This document shows positions 1-8,887 of a stretch of 64,000 bases of DNA, one piece after another. The position numbers and the translations under genes are program-made. Source of the DNA: an uncultured Candidatus Saccharibacteria bacterium. Its GTDB lineage: Bacteria; Patescibacteriota; WWE3; UBA101185; UBA10185. Every line of letters begins with the position of its first letter. The stretch's first letter is position 1. The notes beneath the pieces are model-generated. The model had not been told where the DNA came from. It did no database searches and was given only the letters and a program-made list of their open reading frames with translations. The stretch covers positions 66,252 through 130,251 of the forward strand of contig CAYLMU010000001.1 in NCBI GenBank assembly GCA_964385105.1, read 5' to 3'.

Positions 1-858
1 ATCATCAGATTCTACACCCTCGCTTAAAGATGCACTAAAATCTCCGGATTTAGCTTGTAAAATAGCCTGTTGCTTAGAGCTTAAATCGGCAATTACTTTT
101 TCGAGTTCTGCTAAGTCCTCTCCAAGCTCACCTTCAGCCTCAGCCAAAACATTCAAATCTCCTTCTACAATACTTTTTTCACTTTCAAGTTGTGTTATTG
201 CAGCAATTAGTTGTGACTGGGCATCTTCAAGTTCTTTTTTTAGGTCTTCAGCTTCTTTTTTATCGCGCTCATAAGCATCAATTTCTGTATTTAATACTCC
301 AATTAAGCGCAAAGCCTCACGGTTAAAAGCTTTTCCGTACATATATGTTAATGTAGCCTGCTGAAATCCGTTTGCTTCATCTGTACCTGTACCGCCAGAC
401 GGAGAAGCGAAGAAAAGCTCAAGATCGCTTATAAAGCTTCTTTTTGAATAGGTTCTTATAACTTTGTTTCTAAAAGATAATTTTTCATCAAGTTCGCCAT
501 TTTTTTCAACTAAAGCATTTTTAATTTCTTCAAGCGCTTTATTCATTGAATCAATCTCAGCCTGTATGCCGTTAAGTTCGGCTTGGGTCACACTTAATGA
601 AGAAAGTAGATTGTTAATTTTTCCGGTTACACTGTTTTTTTGTGACCTAATGTCTGAAAGTTTTTTGCTAGTGGATTCATATTTTTGCTGATTTTTACCA
701 ATCTGCTCTTCGTAACATTTAGCTTTATCGTCAAGGTCCGATATATCTTTGCATGGGTCATCGGCATAAGCACTGTGTGTTTTTGCCAGTAAAAGAATTG
801 CTGTTAGAACAAGTGTAAGTGGTATGAGTGTTGGCAGGTGGGTTTGAGGGTTTTTCAC
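1..858 (-). CDS. Secreted coiled-coil protein (PcsB/CwlO-like N-terminal coiled coil), runs off the window edge
   Basis: Not in the ORF track because it has no stop in the window. Open frame from GTG at 858 to position 1: MKNPQTHLPTLIPLTLVLTAILLLAKTHSAYADDPCKDISDLDDKAKCYEEQIGK..., a signal peptide followed by long heptad repeats. TATAAT lies 6 nt upstream of the GTG. Confidence 0.75.
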   Translation of the reverse strand, partial: MKNPQTHLPTLIPLTLVLTAILLLAKTHSAYADDPCKDISDLDDKAKCYEEQIGKNQQKYESTSKKLSDIRSQKNSVTGKINNLLSSLSVTQAELNGIQAEIDSMNKALEEIKNALVEKNGELDEKLSFRNKVIRTYSKRSFISDLELFFASPSGGTGTDEANGFQQATLTYMYGKAFNREALRLIGVLNTEIDAYERDKKEAEDLKKELEDAQSQLIAAITQLESEKSIVEGDLNVLAEAEGELGEDLAELEKVIADLSSKQQAILQAKSGDFSASLSEGVESDD

Positions 859-881
859 ATAGGTATTATAACAAACTGTAT

Positions 882-990
882 TTCTAAAGTTATGGATGGT
901 AAAGAAGGTTTAACTTCTGCTATAATTGGTGTAGTTTTTGTGTTACTATCTATTTGAATTCTACGTGTAGTAATAGCAAATTTAAGCAAT
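882..990 (+). pseudogene. Relic 3' half of a VirB2-like pilin gene
   Basis: 882-930 is identical (49 bp) to 1852-1900. It reads SKVMDGKEGLTSAIIGVVFVLLSI*ILRVVIAN versus SKVMDGKEGLTSAIIGLLFILLSIWIIRIVIAN. TGA at 955-957 aligns with TGG at 1925-1927. Confidence 0.75.
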
Positions 991-994
991 CATT

Positions 995-1963
995 ATGATA
1001 AAGAAAAAAATTACCATATTTTTTATTTCAGCATTTATACTTACACTTGCTCATAAAAATTATGCTTTAGGAGCAGCAGCATTAAATATTAATCCAACAT
1101 CATGTAACAGTGATACCGGTGTAAAGTTTACCTGGCATGCATCAGGGAGCATTTTGAACCAGATTTATTTAGCGTGGGACTTTTGTGTTCCTACTATACA
1201 GGGAGGTACTTTATCAAACGGATGTGATAGCAAAGACGCTAGAAAAATTGGTGACGGAGATTTTTCAGTTGCTGATTCAGATGAGTATGCTGCCCAATGT
1301 GGAAATCAGGTTACACAATGTACAGGGTCAATAGATGGACCTAATTCAGGAATCGATGACGGACAGGATGTTTATTTAACTGTTACATACAATCTCGTTG
1401 ACGGTGGTAAGTATTATACAGACACACTACACTCACATTGTGAATTTACTACTAACACCGCATGCGTTGATGTAGGAGAACCGTGTGGAATGAACGTAAC
1501 ATGTTGCGGTGAATTTTTAGTATGCGATTATCGACAAGATAATACTTGTGAAGTTATTACAAACGTTTTAGCAGGAGAAGCAGGTGACCCCTGCGGGCCA
1601 GACCGTGCACCTTGTGAATCTGGTTCATGTGTTGAAGGTGTATGCCAAGGCACTGACCCCGATAAAGATCGTGATACTGATAAAAAATTTGATCCCACAT
1701 TATGGAGACAAGATTATGACGGTAAGATTGTTGACTTTGAAACCCTCCTTCAAACTATATATGGCTTATTACTTCCTATTGGCATTGGGCTCATTGCCAT
1801 ACCCCTTATTATCATCAACGGATACAAAATTATGACTAGCCAAGGTGATCCTTCTAAAGTTATGGATGGTAAAGAAGGTTTAACTTCTGCTATAATTGGT
1901 TTGCTATTTATTTTATTATCTATTTGGATAATTAGAATAGTAATTGCAAACTTCTTGCAATAG
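995..1963 (+). CDS. Minor VirB2/TrbC-like pilin with a large Cys-rich extracellular N-terminal domain
   Basis: Signal peptide, Cys-rich region, then the C-terminal pilin signature G-Y-K-I-M-T-S-Q-G-D-P-S-K...L-T-S-A-I-I-G-L between two hydrophobic helices. Confidence 0.8.
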   Translation: MIKKKITIFFISAFILTLAHKNYALGAAALNINPTSCNSDTGVKFTWHASGSILNQIYLAWDFCVPTIQGGTLSNGCDSKDARKIGDGDFSVADSDEYAAQCGNQVTQCTGSIDGPNSGIDDGQDVYLTVTYNLVDGGKYYTDTLHSHCEFTTNTACVDVGEPCGMNVTCCGEFLVCDYRQDNTCEVITNVLAGEAGDPCGPDRAPCESGSCVEGVCQGTDPDKDRDTDKKFDPTLWRQDYDGKIVDFETLLQTIYGLLLPIGIGLIAIPLIIINGYKIMTSQGDPSKVMDGKEGLTSAIIGLLFILLSIWIIRIVIANFLQ

Positions 1964-1985
1964 TTTATTTATTTAGGAGCAAATA

Positions 1986-2366
1986 ATGCTTAAAAGAGTA
2001 CATGCCCAAGTACCAACAGACATTCAAGACCCGTTGGCCGGACGTTACACCTCGCTTGCTCAAATATTTGGACTTATTACAAATATAGTTATTGGTGTAG
2101 GTGTAGCTTTAACAGTAATATTTTTGATTTTAGCAGGTATACAATACATCACCGCCAAAGGTGATACCAAAGCTGCTGATGCTGCAAGGTCGTCATTAAC
2201 AAATGCTATTATAGGTTTTGTTATTGTTATTGGTGCTATAACTATTAAAATTATTGTACAAAACTTATTAAATGCAGATAACGTAAGTATAGATGGCGTA
2301 ACACCAGGTTCGGGAGGAGGAAGTGGTGCACCACCAATACCACCACCACCAATGCCCAAGCCTTAA
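1986..2366 (+). CDS. VirB2/TrbC-like pilin with a Gly/Pro-rich tail
   Basis: AGIQYITAKGDTKAADAARSSLTNAIIG pilin motif, two TM helices, AGGAG SD upstream. Confidence 0.85.
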   Translation: MLKRVHAQVPTDIQDPLAGRYTSLAQIFGLITNIVIGVGVALTVIFLILAGIQYITAKGDTKAADAARSSLTNAIIGFVIVIGAITIKIIVQNLLNADNVSIDGVTPGSGGGSGAPPIPPPPMPKP

Positions 2367-2746
2367 TTTAGGTATACAAATTAGTTTATTAAAGTAAAGG
2401 AGGTGTAATCAAAAAATGTTAAAACTTATAAAACAAGCACATGCCCAAACACAAGGACAAGTACAAACATCTGTTACAGACCCATTAGGAACTAGATTTG
2501 GAAGTGGTACCACATTAGCAAACATATTTGGACTTATAATTAACATAGTTATTGGTGTAGGTGTAGCTTTAACAGTAATATTTTTGATTTTGGCAGGTAT
2601 TCAATATATTACAGCACGAGGTGATACCAAAGCTGCTGATGCTGCAAGGTCGTCATTAACAAATGCTGTAATTGGATTTATTATAGTTCTGGGCGCATTG
2701 ACAATCAGGTTTATTGTACAGAACTTATTAAATGCAGATAACGTAA
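2085..2746 (+). repeat. Mosaic direct repeat (offset 460 bp) between the two adjacent pilin genes
   Basis: Perfect blocks 2085-2131=2545-2591 (47 bp), 2159-2207=2619-2667 (49 bp) and 2262-2286=2722-2746 (25 bp), separated by strongly diverged segments. Confidence 0.9.
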
Positions 2747-2772
2747 ATATTGAGCAGGTAACAGACTTCTAG
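2416..2772 (+). CDS. VirB2/TrbC-like pilin (probable major pilin)
   Basis: AGIQYITARGDTKAADAARSSLTNAVIG motif. Strongest SD in the locus (AAAGGAGGTG, about 2396-2405). Confidence 0.85.
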   Translation: MLKLIKQAHAQTQGQVQTSVTDPLGTRFGSGTTLANIFGLIINIVIGVGVALTVIFLILAGIQYITARGDTKAADAARSSLTNAVIGFIIVLGALTIRFIVQNLLNADNVNIEQVTDF

Positions 2773-2804
2773 TAAAGTGCTGCAACGAAAAGAGCGTAAT
2801 TATT

Positions 2805-3125
2805 ATGGATTATATTAACAATTTAAGTAGTAGCCAGGATCCCAGTAGTGGAATGACTGCTTCAACAATGGGAGAATTAATGGGAGTTGTTTTAAACATT
2901 CTCATGGGTTCTGCTATTGCTATAAGCGTCATATCCACTGGGATTGCCGGTATAAAATATATAACAAGCAAAAGCGACCCCAAGGCAAGGGACAGCGCAA
3001 AAAATGCTTTAACGTATGCAGTTATTGCTTCTATTCTCGCCATTGGGGCTTTTGCCGTGAAATTAGCAGTATTAAGTGCTTTCGGAGCCAACGGTGTAAT
3101 TACTAATGGAGTTCCCAATTTTTGA
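2805..3125 (+). CDS. VirB2/TrbC-like pilin
   Basis: AGIKYITSKSDPKARDSAKNALTYAVIA motif between two hydrophobic helices. Confidence 0.8.
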   Translation: MDYINNLSSSQDPSSGMTASTMGELMGVVLNILMGSAIAISVISTGIAGIKYITSKSDPKARDSAKNALTYAVIASILAIGAFAVKLAVLSAFGANGVITNGVPNF

Positions 3126-3582
3126 TATACTTAAAAAAAGCTTTATTGCAATTTTATTTGCAACCGTGGTAATCAGTATACAAAACCCGGCTTATGCACA
3201 ATCAGCAGATTGTGTTGGGTATGATCCTAATGACGTAGCATCATTAGCACAAATTGTTTGCCCTGCTGCAAGGTTAGTTAACATTTTATTATACTTTGCT
3301 GGAGCTGTATTTGTTGCAATGATATTTGTAGGTTCTATTAAATATGCAATGTCGCTTGGTGATCCAAAAGGTGCAATAGGTGCAAATCAAACATTAACCT
3401 ACGCTGTAATCGGGCTTATAGCAGTATTGGGAGTATTTTCTATCCTTAATATTATCGCACATCTTTTAGGCCTTACAAATATAGAAAGTTTGAATGTTTT
3501 CAAAACTATTCAAACTAGAATATGTGATTTTCTCATTAGTAATGGTGTCGTAGAGGACGGTGCTAAGATTGCCGGTTGTTAA
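3106..3582 (+). CDS. VirB2/TrbC-like pilin with signal peptide and paired Cys
   Basis: GSIKYAMSLGDPKGAIGANQTLTYAVIG motif, AYA signal cleavage site, 4 Cys. Confidence 0.8.
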   Translation: MEFPIFDILKKSFIAILFATVVISIQNPAYAQSADCVGYDPNDVASLAQIVCPAARLVNILLYFAGAVFVAMIFVGSIKYAMSLGDPKGAIGANQTLTYAVIGLIAVLGVFSILNIIAHLLGLTNIESLNVFKTIQTRICDFLISNGVVEDGAKIAGC

Positions 3583-3583
3583 A

Positions 3584-4060
3584 TCAATACGGAACAGGCT
3601 CGTTAGAAATATCTGGGGGCGTGTTGAGATACACATAGTTGATTGTTTCGTTTAGATAATTTCCGTTTACACTTCTTAGAGCAGTTATTTTTAATGTATA
3701 TTCCTGATGATCTTCCCATCCCATGCCTCTTGGAACAAACTTCACTATGTTTGGGTTACTTTCATCGTTTACTATGGAAAATTCCATGTTTGGTTCTATT
3801 GTATATCTAATGGAATTGGATATTATCGGTTCAGAAAATTCAAACCACAAAATTTCATAATCACTCAAAGACTGTGAGCTTCGTTCTGGTGGTGTAATCG
3901 CAATCAAACTTAATTCGGACTCTTTCACAGTATAAGGAGTTTCAATGTCATTATACCTATTAAAATCAATAAAATACGCAATAAATACTAATATTAAGAT
4001 TATAAGCACTATTAAATAGCTTTTGTTGCCTTTAATGAATATGATAAGTTTTTTTGTCAT
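3584..4060 (-). CDS. Membrane-anchored Ig-like (Big_5/SbsA-type) domain protein
   Basis: N-terminal TM, then an ITPP...FEFSEPI...KFVP...W...EYTLKI...GNYL pattern typical of bacterial Ig-like group 5. Confidence 0.6.
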   Translation of the reverse strand: MTKKLIIFIKGNKSYLIVLIILILVFIAYFIDFNRYNDIETPYTVKESELSLIAITPPERSSQSLSDYEILWFEFSEPIISNSIRYTIEPNMEFSIVNDESNPNIVKFVPRGMGWEDHQEYTLKITALRSVNGNYLNETINYVYLNTPPDISNEPVPY

Positions 4061-4093
4061 ACGCTTTATTTTAAAGTATACCCCTTTTACATA

Positions 4094-7000
4094 TTATTTA
4101 CATATGTAATCTTCCGGTCTCGCAGGAATAAAATCACCAGGCCCATTAGGTAGAGCCATTTCGAAGTGAACATGTGTGTTATTTCCCCAATCATATAATT
4201 CAGCTGCAGCATCTCCCGGTTTTTTTTCTCCGGTGTAAACAGTTCCTACATGCAATAAAACTAAGATTACTTGTGGATTTCCACGCACGTCAAGTCCCGT
4301 TACAGTAGTAACATTTCCCACATTGCTTGCCCGGGGAGAGGAGACTTGCCAAGTGGTAATACCAGTCATTTCAGGCAAAAAAATCGTGCCACACCCTAGA
4401 GGATGTACATCTTCAGCATACCCATAATATTCGGATTCAGGTGGTGTATTCAAACACTTATTATTTGGTGCCTCGGTGGCAATAGGACTCTTCGGATATG
4501 GCGAAACATATGCAGGTATCGGAAAGCATTGGCCTAAAGAACCGGGTATAGTACTCCAATAAAGATTTGACCCGTGCCTACTAGCTTGTTCCTCATTATT
4601 AATGTAAGATCTTTGCCAAACAGTATAACCTTCTGCAAAGACACACCCGTTAAGACTCTTAACATCTACACTGTGGAATCCACAACGTCTATATTCGCCA
4701 CCACCTTCACTTCTTATGTCACCACCACCAACACCACCACCAATTCCAGCAATAGGATTCCTTTGGGGAATTGCCGTTGTAAAAGCTCCGCCCAACAATA
4801 ATATTAATAAAATAAGACACCCCACAGGTATCCCAACACCGTAAAGCAACGTTTTTGTCATGTAATCATAAGTTTTATCCCATGATTCAATCAGTTGACT
4901 AAAATCACCTTTGAAAAACGCTTTGAACGTTCCTTGTGCGGTATCCATAGTCTTAATCAACACTACATACATTACTTTTCTTACTATTGGTACTAAAAAT
5001 TCAACCAGCGGAGAAGCCACCCCGGCAGTTGCTCCTTCCGCTATTGAAGCTAACAAACGTGCAGTAACCCGGGAAATACCGTCCACAACTCTGTTTGCCA
5101 CAATGCTTTTAATATTAGAAGCAGAACTAACGAGTCGGCCTGCTCGTGTTGTGGTAAACCAATGCTGAAGGTTATTAAGTTTTTCATTAATCTTTTCAAG
5201 GATACCTACGTATCGACGCGAAGGTTTCAATGCACCCCTGTTGTCGACTTTGGTATAAAAAATTCTTTTAATAAAACCCGCCATAATTCCGGGGTCGGCA
5301 ATATCAGCAGCACTAAAACCAAATTTACCGTGATTTTTTGACATCCAATCTTTGAATTTCTGCAAGTTAAAATAAATGGCATCAAATTCGGCTCTCTTAA
5401 ACGGTAAAGTGCCATATCTAGCCGTTAAACTGGCATATAAGGCGTCTAATCCTGCGGTATCACCAATACTCACTCCAGCATGAAGTAATTCTTCGAATGC
5501 TCTAATATCCAACTTTCCGGTGGATAAAGCACTTCCAATGTCTTCAATGATTTTAAAGTGTGAGCCAGCAGTAACATTTCTTAATGCAAAATTTCTTCCT
5601 CCTGCTTCAAAATTTACGTTAAATTTATGCTCAAGCGGTTTAAGTAAAAGAGATCCTAATCCGCCGGCCGTACTTCCCGTGAGTTTAAATCCCCAAAAAA
5701 ATGCGATTCCATTGTCGTCTGCGTAATCTTTGTTTACAACAAAACCTAACCGATGTACTCGGGTCAAAAATTTATTTGACCAATAGGCAGGTGTTAAAAC
5801 TTCAATCCTGTTTTTAAATCTGGGCCACAAATAGGTACTTAATAAGCGCTTTCCTTCAAAAGCTCGTAAAAGCTCCTCTGCAGCAGCATAATCTCTTTCC
5901 TGCTCCAATCTTCTAAAAATAGTTCTTAGTTTTATAATATTATCTGTACCTGTAAAAGCGTCGTTTTCCTCGTTTCGTATATCACGCTCCATATCTCGTA
6001 AAAGTCTTCTATTAACACTCCTGCTAAAAGGATCCCCACCAGCAAGACCTCCTCTGCCAAATATATTTCCTCTACTGCCCACATTTACTATGCTGTTTCT
6101 TGCTTCCGCTATATTTTTAGTTAGTTCGGCTCTAAGAACCAATGACGGTTGCGCTGTTCCCAATCCATCAACCTTTCTTGCAATATCTGCGACATCGCTA
6201 CCGACAGCAACAAATTTATTTAAATCTTCCAAGTAAACTTTGAATGGGTTTATGACTGAGCGTCCTAATCTACGCTGTATAGCTAAACCTTCTGGTGTGT
6301 TATTAAGTTGTTGTAAGAAAGTTTCTGCCTCTCCAATTTTTGCCCTTATAACATTTAAATCAGCTGTGTTTGGGGCATCTTTTATATTTCCCGTGAGTAA
6401 AAATGTATCAAGTTTTTCTTGGAGCGAAGTTTTTTTACCGCCGCTTACTAAGCCTTCATAATCTACAGCCTTTTGTAAAGATGAAATCTTCTCATGAAGC
6501 TCATTTTTTAGTAAAAACATTTGAGCTTCAGGAGTATACGAGGCAGGCGTGACATTTTTTTCTAAATCAGCTTTAAGAGCCTTTGCTGCCGAAGATATAA
6601 CTGCATCATACTTATTTTCCCGTAGAATAACGTTTCGTGAATTTACTTGAAATGATAATATACTATGTTTTAACTTCCTGTATTCACCAATGTCGGGATG
6701 ATCCAAACTTAAGGGGTTGGCAGCAGCATGTACCGCACCGGCAGCTCCAGATCCGTCTAATCTTTGAGCCAACGAGGTTGTTGCCTCATGTTGCAAAGCA
6801 ACATCAATCTCATCAAACTTTTCCTGAAGCCTGCGAATTGGTCTCAGTCTGGACTTATTTCTTGCAGTCCTGTAGATATCAACATCACTCAATACATTTT
6901 CCCACAACTGCTCCCTATTTAAAGTGTCAAAATCGTCCCAGTCGGCTATTGCTTTAAACCAATCCTTTACTGTTTTTTTAAATTGCTCTCCCGGGTCACT

Positions 7001-7330
7001 TAACCAGTCGTTAGGATTTAAGCTAATTGAAATACCAACGGCACCGGGCAAGTCTTCCATAGCCTCGGGTCCGTACAGTTCTAGGGCTTCCGGACTGACT
7101 TCCTTAGTTGGTTTAATTTGAGCCTTTAGTGAACTTTCAAAATCTTTTTTAATTCTTTCAATAAACCATGCCGGAATATCTGTATCTTTTTCGAATGTAT
7201 TAAAAAATTTGCCAAAATCCAATAAATCCAAATCAGGGTTACCTGTAAAACGCCGGCCTCCTGAAGGTCTTTTATATAAAGGTCTGTCTCCTGGGTAATA
7301 CCCGAGATAAAACGGATTTGAACTTGCCAT
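4094..7330 (-). CDS. 1078-aa membrane protein with a C-terminal M23-like peptidase domain (putative T4SS-associated cell-wall hydrolase)
   Basis: Long helical N-terminal region, TM near residues 830-855, Gly linker, then C-terminal YGYAED...LLHV...GD......GNNTHVHFEM resembling the M23 HxH zinc motif. Confidence 0.6.
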   Translation of the reverse strand: MASSNPFYLGYYPGDRPLYKRPSGGRRFTGNPDLDLLDFGKFFNTFEKDTDIPAWFIERIKKDFESSLKAQIKPTKEVSPEALELYGPEAMEDLPGAVGISISLNPNDWLSDPGEQFKKTVKDWFKAIADWDDFDTLNREQLWENVLSDVDIYRTARNKSRLRPIRRLQEKFDEIDVALQHEATTSLAQRLDGSGAAGAVHAAANPLSLDHPDIGEYRKLKHSILSFQVNSRNVILRENKYDAVISSAAKALKADLEKNVTPASYTPEAQMFLLKNELHEKISSLQKAVDYEGLVSGGKKTSLQEKLDTFLLTGNIKDAPNTADLNVIRAKIGEAETFLQQLNNTPEGLAIQRRLGRSVINPFKVYLEDLNKFVAVGSDVADIARKVDGLGTAQPSLVLRAELTKNIAEARNSIVNVGSRGNIFGRGGLAGGDPFSRSVNRRLLRDMERDIRNEENDAFTGTDNIIKLRTIFRRLEQERDYAAAEELLRAFEGKRLLSTYLWPRFKNRIEVLTPAYWSNKFLTRVHRLGFVVNKDYADDNGIAFFWGFKLTGSTAGGLGSLLLKPLEHKFNVNFEAGGRNFALRNVTAGSHFKIIEDIGSALSTGKLDIRAFEELLHAGVSIGDTAGLDALYASLTARYGTLPFKRAEFDAIYFNLQKFKDWMSKNHGKFGFSAADIADPGIMAGFIKRIFYTKVDNRGALKPSRRYVGILEKINEKLNNLQHWFTTTRAGRLVSSASNIKSIVANRVVDGISRVTARLLASIAEGATAGVASPLVEFLVPIVRKVMYVVLIKTMDTAQGTFKAFFKGDFSQLIESWDKTYDYMTKTLLYGVGIPVGCLILLILLLGGAFTTAIPQRNPIAGIGGGVGGGDIRSEGGGEYRRCGFHSVDVKSLNGCVFAEGYTVWQRSYINNEEQASRHGSNLYWSTIPGSLGQCFPIPAYVSPYPKSPIATEAPNNKCLNTPPESEYYGYAEDVHPLGCGTIFLPEMTGITTWQVSSPRASNVGNVTTVTGLDVRGNPQVILVLLHVGTVYTGEKKPGDAAAELYDWGNNTHVHFEMALPNGPGDFIPARPEDYICK

Positions 7331-7393
7331 AGAATAATTCTATAATGAAAGGGCTTTTACTGAAAGAGTAGTCGTGATAAAATTCTTTTAAAC

Positions 7394-8818
7394 ATGCTCG
7401 GTAAAACATTTATCAAAGTCGGAATAACATTTACTTTTTCTTTATTATTAATAATATTGGCAACATCTAAAACTTATGCTCAAGATTCAGTATGTACCCC
7501 AAGTGAGGGTTTATACACAAGAATCGTCCAGGCACTTGATAACCTGGACATTAGAAGAACAACGGTTAACTTTTTAGTCTCGGCTGTGACAGATGTTCCA
7601 CTTCAAGCTGCCGCCAACGGAACACAGGATGACATTTTTCACTGTATGGGTTATATAGCAACTATGAACGCTGGAGGTAATCAGGGAGGAAGCACCGGTG
7701 CTGATGTATTGGCAAAATTGGGTTTATCTACTGATGGCTGTACCCCTGATGAGGATTACTGTGAAGCTTTGTTTAATACTTATGAGGATGTAAGGATACA
7801 ATCCGGAGCCAACCCGGCTTCCGTGGCCTTTTATAATAAACGGGCAAATAGTCGTGTGTCAGGCAGCCTTGTGGGACTTGTAAATATGGCTGAAAATGCT
7901 ACTTATCAGCCGGTTCCAGTGAACCTTGCTTTTTATTTTAACAAAGAAGCACAAAAGTTACCTTTTGTGGGCACAGCGTTTGCACAAACTGCAGGAGACT
8001 TTACAGGGCCGTTTTTAAACTTAACATACGATCTCTGGAAAATATTTAGAGATGTAGCATACGGAGTTATGGCAGTAATCATGATTATAGTGGGCATCAT
8101 GATTATGACAAGAAAAAAGTTGAACCCTCAAACAGCGGTAACTATGCAGTACGCTCTTCCCCGAATAATAATAGCTTTAGTTTTAATAACTTTTAGCTAC
8201 GTAATAGGAGCCACCATTGCTAGTACAGCCTGGGTTCTAAAATTTAGCGCAGATAAAATTATTATACAACTCTTTATAGATTCTCAGGCTCAAAGTACAC
8301 AACACGTAAGCTTCATGTATGCAGCCGGCTTTATGGTGACTTTAGTTATTGGGGTTATTATGATGTTTACAAGCGGTGTGGGAGTAGTGTATGCGGCACT
8401 TTTCATTGTTGGATTTATATTAACTTTAATAACTTTCCTTATCGTATTTCTTAAAATGTTGATGCTGTATTTACGCATGTTAATTAATATAATTGCGGCG
8501 CCTCTAACGTTCACCATGGCAGCGCTCCCCGGTAAAGATGATATGATGATGAACTGGTTTAAACAGATGCTTGTATATACTTTATCAATTTTTGGAATGA
8601 CCGCTGTCATATCAATTACAAGAATTGTAAGTGCTGTTATGCTGTTAAATATAGCGGATAATGGTGGTAACACTATATTTGACGGTGGAAGGGGAGCAGG
8701 AGCTTTCTTAGTCTTTGGCCCGATATTACTTTTCATTATTCTAATATACGGATTGAATACTGCCAGAAAATTACCAAACAAAATCGAAGCCGCCATCATG
8801 GGTCCCAAAAAGCGCTAA
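7394..8818 (+). CDS. VirB6/TrbL-like polytopic membrane protein of the CPR T4SS-like system
   Basis: W..FRD.AY...IIVGIMIM.R.KLNPQTAVTMQYALPRIIIAL.LITFSY motif, multiple TM helices, position in the pilin/VirB4 cluster. Confidence 0.7.
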   Translation: MLGKTFIKVGITFTFSLLLIILATSKTYAQDSVCTPSEGLYTRIVQALDNLDIRRTTVNFLVSAVTDVPLQAAANGTQDDIFHCMGYIATMNAGGNQGGSTGADVLAKLGLSTDGCTPDEDYCEALFNTYEDVRIQSGANPASVAFYNKRANSRVSGSLVGLVNMAENATYQPVPVNLAFYFNKEAQKLPFVGTAFAQTAGDFTGPFLNLTYDLWKIFRDVAYGVMAVIMIIVGIMIMTRKKLNPQTAVTMQYALPRIIIALVLITFSYVIGATIASTAWVLKFSADKIIIQLFIDSQAQSTQHVSFMYAAGFMVTLVIGVIMMFTSGVGVVYAALFIVGFILTLITFLIVFLKMLMLYLRMLINIIAAPLTFTMAALPGKDDMMMNWFKQMLVYTLSIFGMTAVISITRIVSAVMLLNIADNGGNTIFDGGRGAGAFLVFGPILLFIILIYGLNTARKLPNKIEAAIMGPKKR

Positions 8819-8887
8819 ACAAGCATCCGCAGTATAAACACATAACATAATTGCCTAATAAGCAAATACCCCGTAAAATAAGACCAA

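Noticed and set aside
955-957. TGA aligned with a Trp codon, suggesting stop-codon reassignment
   Set aside because: TGA ends conserved genes at their expected C-termini (gatD 20179, rplY 27509, trxA 46569) and Trp is encoded by TGG elsewhere. The fragment also lacks its 5' half, so this is a nonsense mutation in a relic.
882-2746. Pilin repeats as a diversity-generating retroelement TR/VR pair
   Set aside because: Differences are not adenine-specific, many are synonymous, and no reverse transcriptase is present in the window.
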